From the NCBI RefSeq assembly GCF_003334335.1, contig NZ_QOWQ01000006.1: 64,000 bases of DNA. One strand, written 5' to 3'. Of the stretch, positions 23,879-32,931 are shown in pieces. Made by a program: the position numbers and the translations under genes. Each line of letters opens with the position of its first letter. Within the stretch, counting starts at the first letter, position 1. The notes under the pieces were generated by a model. It was not told where the DNA came from and did not search any database. It saw only the letters and a list, made by a program, of their open reading frames with translations. Source of the DNA: Escherichia coli. GTDB lineage: Bacteria; Pseudomonadota; Gammaproteobacteria; Enterobacterales; Enterobacteriaceae.

Positions 23879-24051
23879 GAATATATCCTTTAATTTAAAT
23901 ATCCATTAAAAATATTTATTTGGTTAATATGTTTTTATGAAAGCGTAATTCAGGTCAATGTCACAATTAACCATTGTCACAATAAGGTTGAACGGATATT
24001 CTGAGCACGGACCACGTAATATTCAATACATTATTTACTGCCGGGTTTTTC

Positions 24052-24765
24052 GTGAATCAACGTAATATGTCAATAATTAATTCCACGCCAGTGCGTGTTA
24101 TTGCCATTGTAGGATGTGATGGTTCAGGTAAATCGACCCTCACGGCAAGCCTGGTAAATGAACTGGCAGCAAGAATGCCAACAGAACACATTTATCTCGG
24201 GCAATCGTCCGGGCGAATTGGCGAATGGATTTCACAGCTCCCTGTTATTGGCGCACCTTTTGGGCGTTATCTGCGAAGTAAAGCGGCACATGTGCACGAA
24301 AAGCCCTCAACACCGCCTGGCAATATTACTGCACTGGTTATCTATCTGCTTTCCTGCTGGCGGGCGTACAAGTTTCGCAAAATGTTGTGTAAAAGCCAGC
24401 AAGGCTTTCTGCTCATCACCGACCGCTACCCGCAGGTTGAAGTGCCGGGGTTTCGCTTTGATGGCCCGCAATTGGCAAAAACCACGGGCGGTAACGGTTG
24501 GATAAAAATGTTAAGGCAGCGCGAGCTGAAGCTGTACCAATGGATGGCATCTTATTTGCCCGTATTGTTGATTCGTCTTGGCATTGATGAACAAACCGCG
24601 TTTGCGCGTAAACCTGACCACCAACTGGCAGCGTTACAGGAAAAAATCGCCGTTACGCCGCAACTGACATTCAATGGCGCAAAGATCCTTGAACTGGATG
24701 GGCGACACCCCGCCGATGAAATTCTGCAAGCGTCACTACGCGCAATTCACGCCGCGCTTTCCTGA
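24052..24765 (+). CDS. yghS: P-loop NTPase, kinase-like
   Basis: 237 aa; VGCDGSGKSTL Walker A; ITDRYPQVE motif. Confidence 0.8.
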   Translation: MNQRNMSIINSTPVRVIAIVGCDGSGKSTLTASLVNELAARMPTEHIYLGQSSGRIGEWISQLPVIGAPFGRYLRSKAAHVHEKPSTPPGNITALVIYLLSCWRAYKFRKMLCKSQQGFLLITDRYPQVEVPGFRFDGPQLAKTTGGNGWIKMLRQRELKLYQWMASYLPVLLIRLGIDEQTAFARKPDHQLAALQEKIAVTPQLTFNGAKILELDGRHPADEILQASLRAIHAALS

Positions 24766-24796
24766 TCACCAAAATGGATAGGGGATGATTTAACGA

Positions 24797-25555
24797 ATGG
24801 ATGCACTACAAACTCAAACTGTTAATAGTACAACCGCGCCGCAGCCCAACTACATTCCGGGGCTGATTGCGGTGGTCGGGTGTGATGGCACCGGTAAATC
24901 CACACTGACCACCGACCTGGTGAAATCGCTGCAACAACACTGGCAAACCGAGCGGCGCTATCTGGGGCTGCTCTCCGGCGAAGACGGCGACAAAATCAAA
25001 CGATTGCCGTTGGTTGGCGTCTGGCTGGAACGGCGACTGGCGGCCAAATCCTCGAAAACCCAAAGCATGAAAACCAAATCTCCGGCGCTATGGGCGGCGG
25101 TGATTATGTACTGCTTCTCGCTGCGAAGAATGGCGAATCTACGCAAGGTTCAGCGACTGGCGCAAAGTGGCGTTCTGGTGGTCAGCGATCGCTTCCCGCA
25201 GGCTGAAATTTCGGGCTTTTATTATGATGGACCGGGGATTGGCGTCGAACGTGCGACCGGGAAAATCAGCATGTTTCTGGCGCAGCGCGAACGGCGTTTA
25301 TACCAACAAATGGCGCAATATCGCCCGGAATTAATTATTCGCCTGGGCATTGATATTGAGACTGCCATCTCCCGCAAGCCTGACCATGACTATGCCGAGC
25401 TGCAGGACAAAATCGGTGTCATGTCGAAGATTGGCTATAACGGCACAAAAATTCTTGAGATTGATTCCAGAGCGCCCTACAGCGAAGTGCTGGAACAGGC
25501 ACAGAAGGCGGTTTCTCTGGTTGCCATCGTTTCTGACCGCCGAAGTTTAACTTAA
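24797..25555 (+). CDS. yghR: P-loop NTPase, kinase-like
   Basis: 252 aa; VGCDGTGKSTL Walker A; VSDRFPQAE motif. Confidence 0.8.
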   Translation: MDALQTQTVNSTTAPQPNYIPGLIAVVGCDGTGKSTLTTDLVKSLQQHWQTERRYLGLLSGEDGDKIKRLPLVGVWLERRLAAKSSKTQSMKTKSPALWAAVIMYCFSLRRMANLRKVQRLAQSGVLVVSDRFPQAEISGFYYDGPGIGVERATGKISMFLAQRERRLYQQMAQYRPELIIRLGIDIETAISRKPDHDYAELQDKIGVMSKIGYNGTKILEIDSRAPYSEVLEQAQKAVSLVAIVSDRRSLT

Positions 25556-25600
25556 GGCTGGCGGGATACTTTTTACTATCAACGATAAGGTCAGGCTGAA

Positions 25601-26950
25601 TTGGCGGGTTTTAACATCAAACATTGGTTTGCAGATGGCGCGTTTCGCACCATTATTCGCAATAGCGCCTGGTTAGGCTCCAGTAATGTCGTGAGCGCCT
25701 TGCTGGGTCTGTTGGCGCTCTCGTGTGCCGGTAAAGGGATGACGCCCGCCATGTTTGGCGTACTGGTGATTGTGCAATCGTACGCCAAGTCGATCAGCGA
25801 TTTTATTAAGTTTCAGACATGGCAACTGGTGGTTCAGTACGGAACACCAGCATTAACCAACAATAATCCGCAGCAATTCCGCAATGTCGTCTCATTTTCC
25901 TTCTCGCTGGATATCGTCAGCGGCGCGGTGGCGATTGTCGGTGGCATTGCCTTACTGCCATTCCTTTCCCATTCATTAGGTCTGGATGACCAAAGTTTTT
26001 GGCTGGCAGCGCTCTATTGCACGCTCATTCCTTCAATGGCTTCCTCCACGCCGACCGGCATTCTGCGTGCGGTAGATCGCTTCGATTTAATTGCTGTACA
26101 GCAGGCGACGAAACCTTTTCTGCGCGCAGCGGGGAGCGTCGTAGCCTGGTATTTTGACTTTGGTTTTGCGGGTTTTGTTATTGCCTGGTACGTGTCGAAT
26201 CTGGTTGGCGGCACCATGTACTGGTGGTTTGCCGCGCGCGAATTACGCCGCCGAAATATCCATAACGCCTTCAAATTGAATCTGTTTGAGTCTGCCCGAT
26301 ACATTAAAGGCGCGTGGAGTTTTGTCTGGTCAACCAACATTGCCCACTCCATCTGGTCGGCGCGTAACTCGTGCAGCACAGTGTTGGTGGGGATCGTGTT
26401 AGGACCCGCTGCCGCCGGGTTATTTAAAATCGCCATGACATTCTTCGACGCCGCCGGAACGCCAGCGGGTTTGCTGGGTAAAAGTTTTTACCCAGAGGTG
26501 ATGCGTTTAGATCCGCGCACCACCAGACCGTGGTTGTTAGGTGTGAAGTCCGGTTTACTGGCGGGCGGAATCGGTATTCTGGTGGCGCTCGCGGTGTTGA
26601 TCGTCGGCAAGCCGCTCATTTCGCTGGTGTTTGGCGTTAAGTATCTCGAAGCGTATGACCTGATTCAGGTGATGCTGGGCGCAATTGTGATTTCGATGCT
26701 GGGCTTCCCTCAGGAGTCATTGCTATTGATGGCGGGAAAACAGCGCGCTTTTCTCGTGGCGCAAACCATCGCCTCAATCGGCTACATCGTATTGCTGTTC
26801 ATGTTCTGTCATCTGTTTGGTGTGCTGGGAGCAGCGTTTGCTTACTTCGGTGGGCAATGTCTGGACGTGGCGCTCTCGTTAATTCCAACCTTAAAGGCAT
26901 TTTTTCAGCGCCATTCCTTGCTTTATAACGCAGCCGGAGAGAAATCCTGA
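25601..26950 (+). CDS. yghQ: MOP-superfamily (Wzx/MurJ-like) polysaccharide/lipid flippase-type membrane protein
   Basis: 449-aa polytopic membrane ORF; TTG start as listed, true start uncertain; stop overlaps next start (TGATG). Confidence 0.75.
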   Translation: MAGFNIKHWFADGAFRTIIRNSAWLGSSNVVSALLGLLALSCAGKGMTPAMFGVLVIVQSYAKSISDFIKFQTWQLVVQYGTPALTNNNPQQFRNVVSFSFSLDIVSGAVAIVGGIALLPFLSHSLGLDDQSFWLAALYCTLIPSMASSTPTGILRAVDRFDLIAVQQATKPFLRAAGSVVAWYFDFGFAGFVIAWYVSNLVGGTMYWWFAARELRRRNIHNAFKLNLFESARYIKGAWSFVWSTNIAHSIWSARNSCSTVLVGIVLGPAAAGLFKIAMTFFDAAGTPAGLLGKSFYPEVMRLDPRTTRPWLLGVKSGLLAGGIGILVALAVLIVGKPLISLVFGVKYLEAYDLIQVMLGAIVISMLGFPQESLLLMAGKQRAFLVAQTIASIGYIVLLFMFCHLFGVLGAAFAYFGGQCLDVALSLIPTLKAFFQRHSLLYNAAGEKS

Positions 26951-27774
26951 TGATGAGAAAATATTTCCCGCTTGAGGCGAGCGAGCGTCTATTTGTTGCG
27001 ATTGAAGAAGATGATGTCGTTGATGCACAGGTTAGTTTGCCGCCGACTATTGCACTAAGTTGTACCACCGAAATCATTCATGATAATTACGCGTTATGCC
27101 TGCAATTCTGGCTCAATGGCGTTGATCGTCAGGAGTTACTGCGTTTAGTTCGCAAACAAGCCAAAGGCGATGAGCTGACTGCTGATGAGCGCAAACAATT
27201 TAAATACATGCGAGCGCGCTACAAGCACCTGCGTTTTGCGCAACGGCTGTATTTAAAGAAGCATCAGGCCGGATTTTTATTCGGCAAAACGACCGTTTTT
27301 CTGGGGCGTTTTCAGGACGGCTTTCGTAACGGTAAGAAAAATATTGTGTCGTATTACGGCAACCTGTTACGGATTTATTTAAGCTCTCCGGTCTGGTCGT
27401 TGGTGAACTATTCATTACGCCATAGCCAGTTAGAAAGCGTAAGCAGTTTTATTGCCTATCGGCAAAAGCAAATGCATACCCTGAAAGAGATTATTGCCAA
27501 ACCGCGACTAACCGGTAGGGAATTTCATGATGTGCGAAAAATCATCAGCCAGCAGGTTTCTTATTACGACACCTTAAGATCGCTTGATCCTGAAAATAAA
27601 GAGGCGTTACAGATATCCCGCTTCCTCGCCGCCATTAATGGCCTGATGGGAGATAAACACGACGACATGGTGGCGGATGATATGGAAAACCGCCAGTCGT
27701 ATGATGCACCGGTGGCGCTGGATAGCGATATTCGTCAGCGCTTAGAGCTGCTGATTTCGCGTTTTCCGCTATAG
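26950..27774 (+). CDS. hypothetical protein, no recognisable domain
   Basis: 274-aa ORF translationally coupled to yghQ; basic/charged, no transmembrane segment or nucleotide-binding motif seen. Confidence 0.55.
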   Translation: MMRKYFPLEASERLFVAIEEDDVVDAQVSLPPTIALSCTTEIIHDNYALCLQFWLNGVDRQELLRLVRKQAKGDELTADERKQFKYMRARYKHLRFAQRLYLKKHQAGFLFGKTTVFLGRFQDGFRNGKKNIVSYYGNLLRIYLSSPVWSLVNYSLRHSQLESVSSFIAYRQKQMHTLKEIIAKPRLTGREFHDVRKIISQQVSYYDTLRSLDPENKEALQISRFLAAINGLMGDKHDDMVADDMENRQSYDAPVALDSDIRQRLELLISRFPL

Positions 27775-27782
27775 CCGGAGCA

Positions 27783-28346
27783 ATGATGTCATCTCGTTTG
27801 ATTATTGCGTTGATTATCATGCTCTTAGCCCCGGGTGTGCAGGCACACAATTTCGTCACTGGCAAAACGGTTACCCCTGTTTATATCCAGGAAGGCGGCG
27901 AGCTGCTTCTGAATAGCGACGACGAAATTCACTACCAAAAGTGGAACAGCACACAATTAGCGGGAAAAGTCCGCATTATTCAGTATATCGCCGGGCGTAA
28001 GTCGGCGAAGAAAAAGAACTCACTGTTAATTAAAGCGGTTGAAGCGGCAAACTTTCCGCAGGATCGTTTTCAGCCCACCACCATTGTGAACACCGATGAT
28101 GCCATCTTTGGTACTGGCTATTTTGTTGTTGGCAAAATCGAAAAAAATAAACGCCGCTATCCGTGGGCGCAATTCGTTATTGACGGCAATGGACAGGGAC
28201 GCGTTGCCTGGCGCTTGCCGGAGCAGAGTTCAACCATTCTGGTGCTGAATAAAGCCGGGCAAATTCAGTGGGCAAAGGACGGCAGCCTGACGCCGGAAGA
28301 GGTAGATCATGTCATTGCGTTGGCGCAGAAACTGATCAATGAATAA
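27783..28346 (+). CDS. YtfJ-family periplasmic protein (signal peptide)
   Basis: 187 aa; N-terminal signal peptide MMSSRLIIALIIMLLAPGVQA; motifs TTIVNTDDAI and WAKDGSLTPEEV resemble E. coli YtfJ as I recall it. Confidence 0.55.
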   Translation: MMSSRLIIALIIMLLAPGVQAHNFVTGKTVTPVYIQEGGELLLNSDDEIHYQKWNSTQLAGKVRIIQYIAGRKSAKKKNSLLIKAVEAANFPQDRFQPTTIVNTDDAIFGTGYFVVGKIEKNKRRYPWAQFVIDGNGQGRVAWRLPEQSSTILVLNKAGQIQWAKDGSLTPEEVDHVIALAQKLINE

Positions 28347-28376
28347 AAAACTCAAAGGATTGAGGGCGTTAGTGAG

Positions 28377-29447
28377 ATGAAGCTGGTTGAACACTACATC
28401 ATGCGTGGTACGCGCCGTCTGGTGCTGATTATCGTCGGTTTTCTGATCTTTATTTTCGCCAGCTACTCCGCACAGCGTTATCTGACCGAAGCGGCAAATG
28501 GGACATTAGCTCTTGATGTTGTGCTGGATATCGTTTTCTACAAAGTACTGATTGCACTGGAGATGTTGTTACCTGTTGGTCTGTATGTGTCAGTTGGCGT
28601 GACGCTAGGGCAGATGTATACCGACTCGGAAATTACCGCTATCTCTGCGGCGGGGGGCAGTCCGGGACGCTTGTACAAAGCCGTTCTTTATCTGGCGATA
28701 CCGCTAAGTATTTTTGTCACCCTTCTGTCGATGTATGGTCGTCCGTGGGCTTATGCGCAGATTTATCAACTGGAGCAGCAGTCGCAGTCGGAGCTGGATG
28801 TTCGCCAGTTGCGGGCAAAGAAATTTAACACTAACGATAACGGACGAATGATCCTTTCGCAGACGGTTGATCAGGATAATAATCGCCTGACTGACGCGCT
28901 GATTTATACTTCTACTGCCAATCGAACCCGCATTTTCCGCGCCCGTTCGGTTGATGTGGTTGACCCATCACCCGAGAAACCGACCGTTATGTTGCACAAC
29001 GGCACTGCCTATCTTATCGATCATCAGGGGCGTGATGACAACGAACAGATCTACCGTAATCTGCAATTACATCTGAATCCGCTGGATCAAAGCCCTAACG
29101 TCAAACGCAAAGCGAAATCGGTCACGGAGCTGGCGCGCTCCGTCTTTCCAGCCGATCATGCCGAACTGCAATGGCGGCAAAGCCGTGGCCTGACCGCATT
29201 GTTGATGGCGCTGCTGGCCATTTCATTAAGTCGGGTAAAACCGCGGCAAGGGCGATTTTCAACGTTATTGCCACTGACGTTGCTGTTTATTGCCATTTTT
29301 TATGGCGGTGACGTCTGCCGTACGCTGGTGGCTAACGGCGCGATTCCCCTCATTCCTGGTTTGTGGTTAGTACCCGGACTCATGCTAATGGGCCTGCTGA
29401 TGCTGGTCGCACGCGACTTCTCTTTGCTGCAGAAATTTTCCCGATGA
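28377..29447 (+). CDS. LptF/LptG-family (YjgP/YjgQ) permease
   Basis: 356 aa; N-terminal transmembrane helices, large periplasmic insert, C-terminal transmembrane helices, as in LptF/LptG. Confidence 0.7.
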   Translation: MKLVEHYIMRGTRRLVLIIVGFLIFIFASYSAQRYLTEAANGTLALDVVLDIVFYKVLIALEMLLPVGLYVSVGVTLGQMYTDSEITAISAAGGSPGRLYKAVLYLAIPLSIFVTLLSMYGRPWAYAQIYQLEQQSQSELDVRQLRAKKFNTNDNGRMILSQTVDQDNNRLTDALIYTSTANRTRIFRARSVDVVDPSPEKPTVMLHNGTAYLIDHQGRDDNEQIYRNLQLHLNPLDQSPNVKRKAKSVTELARSVFPADHAELQWRQSRGLTALLMALLAISLSRVKPRQGRFSTLLPLTLLFIAIFYGGDVCRTLVANGAIPLIPGLWLVPGLMLMGLLMLVARDFSLLQKFSR

Positions 29448-30523
29448 ATGTTTTCAGCCGCTATTTAATCCGTCATCTCTTTCTCGGTTTTGCCGCCGCC
29501 GCAGGGCTATTGCTGCCGCTTTTTACCACCTTCAACCTGATTAACGAACTGGATGATGTCAGCCCGGGCGGTTATCGCTGGACTCAGGCGGTGCTGGTGG
29601 TGCTAATGACCTTACCGCGCACACTGGTCGAACTTTCGCCATTTATCGCCTTATTGGGAGGGATTGTCGGCCTGGGGCAGTTATCGAAAAACAGTGAGCT
29701 TACCGCCATTCGCAGCATGGGGTTTTCTATCTTCCGTATTGCACTGGTGGCGCTGGTTGCAGGGATATTGTGGACTGTTTCGTTAGGCGCGATAGATGAG
29801 TGGGTAGCGTCGCCATTACAGCAACAGGCGTTGCAAATCAAATCGACCGCCACCGCGTTGGGGGAGGACGATGACATTACCGGCAATATGCTGTGGGCCA
29901 GGCGTGGTAATGAATTTGTGACGGTGAAATCGCTGAACGAGCAGGGCCAGCCGGTGGGCGTGGAGATTTTTCATTATCGCGACGATCTCTCGCTCGAATC
30001 CTACATTTATGCACGCAGTGCCACCATTGAAGACGACAAAACGTGGATCCTGCATGGTGTGAATCATAAAAAATGGCTGAATGGCAAAGAAACGCTGGAA
30101 ACATTAGATAATCTTGCCTGGCAATCGGCCTTCACCAGTATGGATCTTGAAGAGTTATCAATGCCGGGCAATACTTTTTCTGTCCGTCAGCTTAATCATT
30201 ACATCCATTATTTGCAGGAAACCGGGCAACCCAGCAGCGAATACCGCCTTGCACTGTGGGAAAAACTGGGGCAACCCATCCTGACCCTGGCGATGATTTT
30301 GCTGGCTGTGCCGTTTACCTTTAGCGCCCCGCGCTCGCCAGGGATGGGTAGCCGTCTCGCTGTAGGTGTCATCGTTGGCTTACTCACCTGGATCAGCTAT
30401 CAAATCATGGTCAATCTGGGATTGCTATTTGCGTTGAGCGCACCTGTTACCGCGCTCGGTTTACCGATAGCGTTTGTGCTGGTGGCGTTGAGCCTGGTGT
30501 ATTGGTATGACAGACAACATTAA
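29444..30523 (+). CDS. LptF/LptG-family (YjgP/YjgQ) permease, second paralog
   Basis: ORF 29363..30523; start placed at MNVFSRYLIRHLF (ATG 29444 overlaps upstream stop, ATGA); same topology as previous gene. Confidence 0.7.
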   Translation: MNVFSRYLIRHLFLGFAAAAGLLLPLFTTFNLINELDDVSPGGYRWTQAVLVVLMTLPRTLVELSPFIALLGGIVGLGQLSKNSELTAIRSMGFSIFRIALVALVAGILWTVSLGAIDEWVASPLQQQALQIKSTATALGEDDDITGNMLWARRGNEFVTVKSLNEQGQPVGVEIFHYRDDLSLESYIYARSATIEDDKTWILHGVNHKKWLNGKETLETLDNLAWQSAFTSMDLEELSMPGNTFSVRQLNHYIHYLQETGQPSSEYRLALWEKLGQPILTLAMILLAVPFTFSAPRSPGMGSRLAVGVIVGLLTWISYQIMVNLGLLFALSAPVTALGLPIAFVLVALSLVYWYDRQH

Positions 30524-30524
30524 A

Positions 30525-30551
30525 CCCGCCGTGGCGCAACACCACGGCGGG
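30525..30551. terminator. GC-rich hairpin between convergent operons (probable bidirectional terminator)
   Basis: cccgccgtgg-cgcaacac-ccacggcggg lies between the LptG-like stop (30523) and the reconstructed aminotransferase stop (30558). Confidence 0.5.
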
Positions 30552-30557
30552 CTCACA

Positions 30558-31737
30558 TTACTGCTTCAGAGTAGCAAATGCCTGAATGATGGCATCGATT
30601 TGCTCACGACTGTGAGCAGCGTTTACGCTACAGCGCAGCAGCGTGATGCCTGCAGGCGCGGCAGGTGGCAGGTGGCAGGATAAGATTCACATAAACGCCC
30701 AGCGAAATAAGCTCGCGCCAGATGCGTAAACCGTCCTCTTTCGAACCGATTATTACCGGCACTACCGGGCTAATATGTGAACTTAACTCATAACCCAGTT
30801 TTTGCAGACCGTCATACAGATGGTTGGCATTATCCATCAGCTTTTGCCGCAGCTCTGGTTGTGTGGCAATAGTTCTTAACGACGAGCGCACGGTCGCAAT
30901 GCAGGACGGAGAAGGAGAGGCGGTAAAAATATACGGGCGGCTGCCGTAGCGCAGCACTTCCATCGCTTCCGAACCGACAGCAAAACCGCCAATCGAGGCC
31001 AGACTTTTACTGAAGGTGCCAACGATAATATCCACATCATCTTCAACGCCGACAGCTTCAGCCAGTCCGCGCCCCGTTGCGCCTAACACGCCAAACGAAT
31101 GCGCTTCATCGACAATCAAATAACCACCGAGACGACGTTTGATATCAACAATTTCCGCTAACGGCGCAACGTCACCGAGCATGCTGTAGATACCCTCAAC
31201 GATGATAATCGCCTCTTTCGCCCGTTCACCGAGGCGAACCATGCGCCGTTCCAGATCTTTAGCATCGTTATGGCGGAAACGAATAATTTCCGCGCCACCG
31301 AGAGAACAGGCGTCATAAATACTGGCGTGGCTGTCGGCATCCAGTAACACCACGGCGTTATGGTCGGCAAGTGCGCTGATGACGCCTAAATTAGCGGTAT
31401 AACCGGTTGAAAAAACGATAGCGGTAGGGCGATTGAAAAACTCGGCAATCTCTTTCTCTAACGCCAGGTGCGGCGCATAACTGCCGTTTGCCATACGAGA
31501 ACCGGTGGTGCCGGTACCTTGGGCCGCTAACGCGGCCTGACCTTCGCTGATGGCATCATGATTAAAGGTTAAACCGAGATAATTATTGGTCCCGGCCAGA
31601 ATCACTTTTTTATTGCCGATCCGGCCTTCGGTGGCGGAATACACTTCATCAATACAGGTGCCAAACGGTGTTAACCCGTTGTCACTAAATTGCAGTCGCT
31701 CGCCAGCAAGGCGCGCATATTTATCGTATAGCCCCAT
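30558..31737 (-). CDS. alpha-oxoamine synthase (serine palmitoyltransferase/BioF/KBL family), frameshifted near the 3' end; longest intact frame is 30628..31737
   Basis: PLP-lysine motif GTFSKSLASIGGF; listed ORF ends ...ILPPATCRACRHHAAAL; a 7-bp tandem duplication at about 30661-30674 shifts frame; removing one copy gives ...PPAAPAGITLLRCSVNAAHSREQIDAIIQAFATLKQ; ATG overlaps ACP stop (TAATG). Confidence 0.75.
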
Positions 31738-31985
31738 TATTTATTCTCCAGCCATGGAAGTAGAGTTTCCATTAATTGCGCAGGGGTTTTGACATCCAGC
31801 AGAATATTAATAGGAATGGAAATATCGAATCTGTCTTCCAGCATCATTAAGAGATCCATCACTTTGATCGACTCCAGGCCAAGATCGTTGACGAGATCGC
31901 TGTCGGGCTTAATTTCCACACCGTTTTCGACCAAATCCTGTAAACAGGAAAGGATGTAATCCATTACTATTTCACGATTTACCAT
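31737..31985 (-). CDS. acyl carrier protein
   Basis: 82-aa acidic ORF with phosphopantetheine attachment motif DLGLESIK. Confidence 0.8.
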   Translation of the reverse strand: MVNREIVMDYILSCLQDLVENGVEIKPDSDLVNDLGLESIKVMDLLMMLEDRFDISIPINILLDVKTPAQLMETLLPWLENK

Positions 31986-32016
31986 AGAAACGTTAACACA
32001 CCTTTAAACAAGACAA

Positions 32017-32931
32017 TCAAAATAGCCCGTTGCGTAATGCGTGTTCCAGGCTAATCCCGGGAAACCAATTAATATCTTCAGAAATACGGTTATTACTTGC
32101 CGACCAGTCGGCGTGGGTTAATTCACGAATTTTCGAGCGGGTCAGCATAGGTTCTTTACCTGCCAGGCGACTCAACGCGGTACTGATATCCGCAAGGCCG
32201 GTGAGTACCGGCAGAGGAATGCCAACCATTCGCACGGAACCGCAACGGGCGTCGGCGGCAAGTTGCTGTACGCGTTGCCAGTCATAGCCGCCGGCGACGC
32301 CATCGCATAATTCATAGGTTTGCGTCTGTATAGTTTCGGCGCTTAACCACTGACCCACTGCTTGCGCGAAATCGGTGACGTGCAGAAAAGAGAGCTGTGT
32401 ATCTGGCGCACCAAGTCGTGGCAGCAGGCCGCGCAGCATCCAGTCAAACAGCGGTTTTAACTCTTTATCGCCGGGACCATACACGGCTGTCGGGCGAAAA
32501 ACGCCCAGCGTAATTTCGTCCGCCATTGCTGCCAGTCGTTGCTCGGCGACGTATTTGGATTTTGCATACCAGGAGAGCTCGGGATGGCGCGCCGCCAGCG
32601 AAGAGATAAACAGAAAACGTTGGCAAAAGCCGCTCTCTTTTGCTGCTTGCATCAGGCGCAGGCTGCCGTCAACGTTACAGCGGGTGAAAATCTCTTCTTT
32701 GTGCCCGCGCACTTGCCCGGCGCAATGGACCACTACGCTGGCTCCGGCAACCAGCTCGCTAAGTGAATGAGTATCTTCCAGCGAACCGCGCACCCAGGTG
32801 AGATTATCATTGACGTGAGCGCGGGCAGTACGCGTCAATGCGCGAACGTGAAAGCCGCGGGCGAGCAGGTTATCGATAATATATTTACCGATAAACCCGG
32901 TAGCGCCCGTCACCGCGACAGTTTGATTCAT
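32017..32931 (-). CDS. NAD(P)-dependent epimerase/dehydratase-family oxidoreductase (candidate keto-reductase)
   Basis: 304 aa; Rossmann motif VTGATGFIG; catalytic YAKSK (YxxxK); ATG overlaps upstream stop. Confidence 0.75.
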   Translation of the reverse strand: MNQTVAVTGATGFIGKYIIDNLLARGFHVRALTRTARAHVNDNLTWVRGSLEDTHSLSELVAGASVVVHCAGQVRGHKEEIFTRCNVDGSLRLMQAAKESGFCQRFLFISSLAARHPELSWYAKSKYVAEQRLAAMADEITLGVFRPTAVYGPGDKELKPLFDWMLRGLLPRLGAPDTQLSFLHVTDFAQAVGQWLSAETIQTQTYELCDGVAGGYDWQRVQQLAADARCGSVRMVGIPLPVLTGLADISTALSRLAGKEPMLTRSKIRELTHADWSASNNRISEDINWFPGISLEHALRNGLF

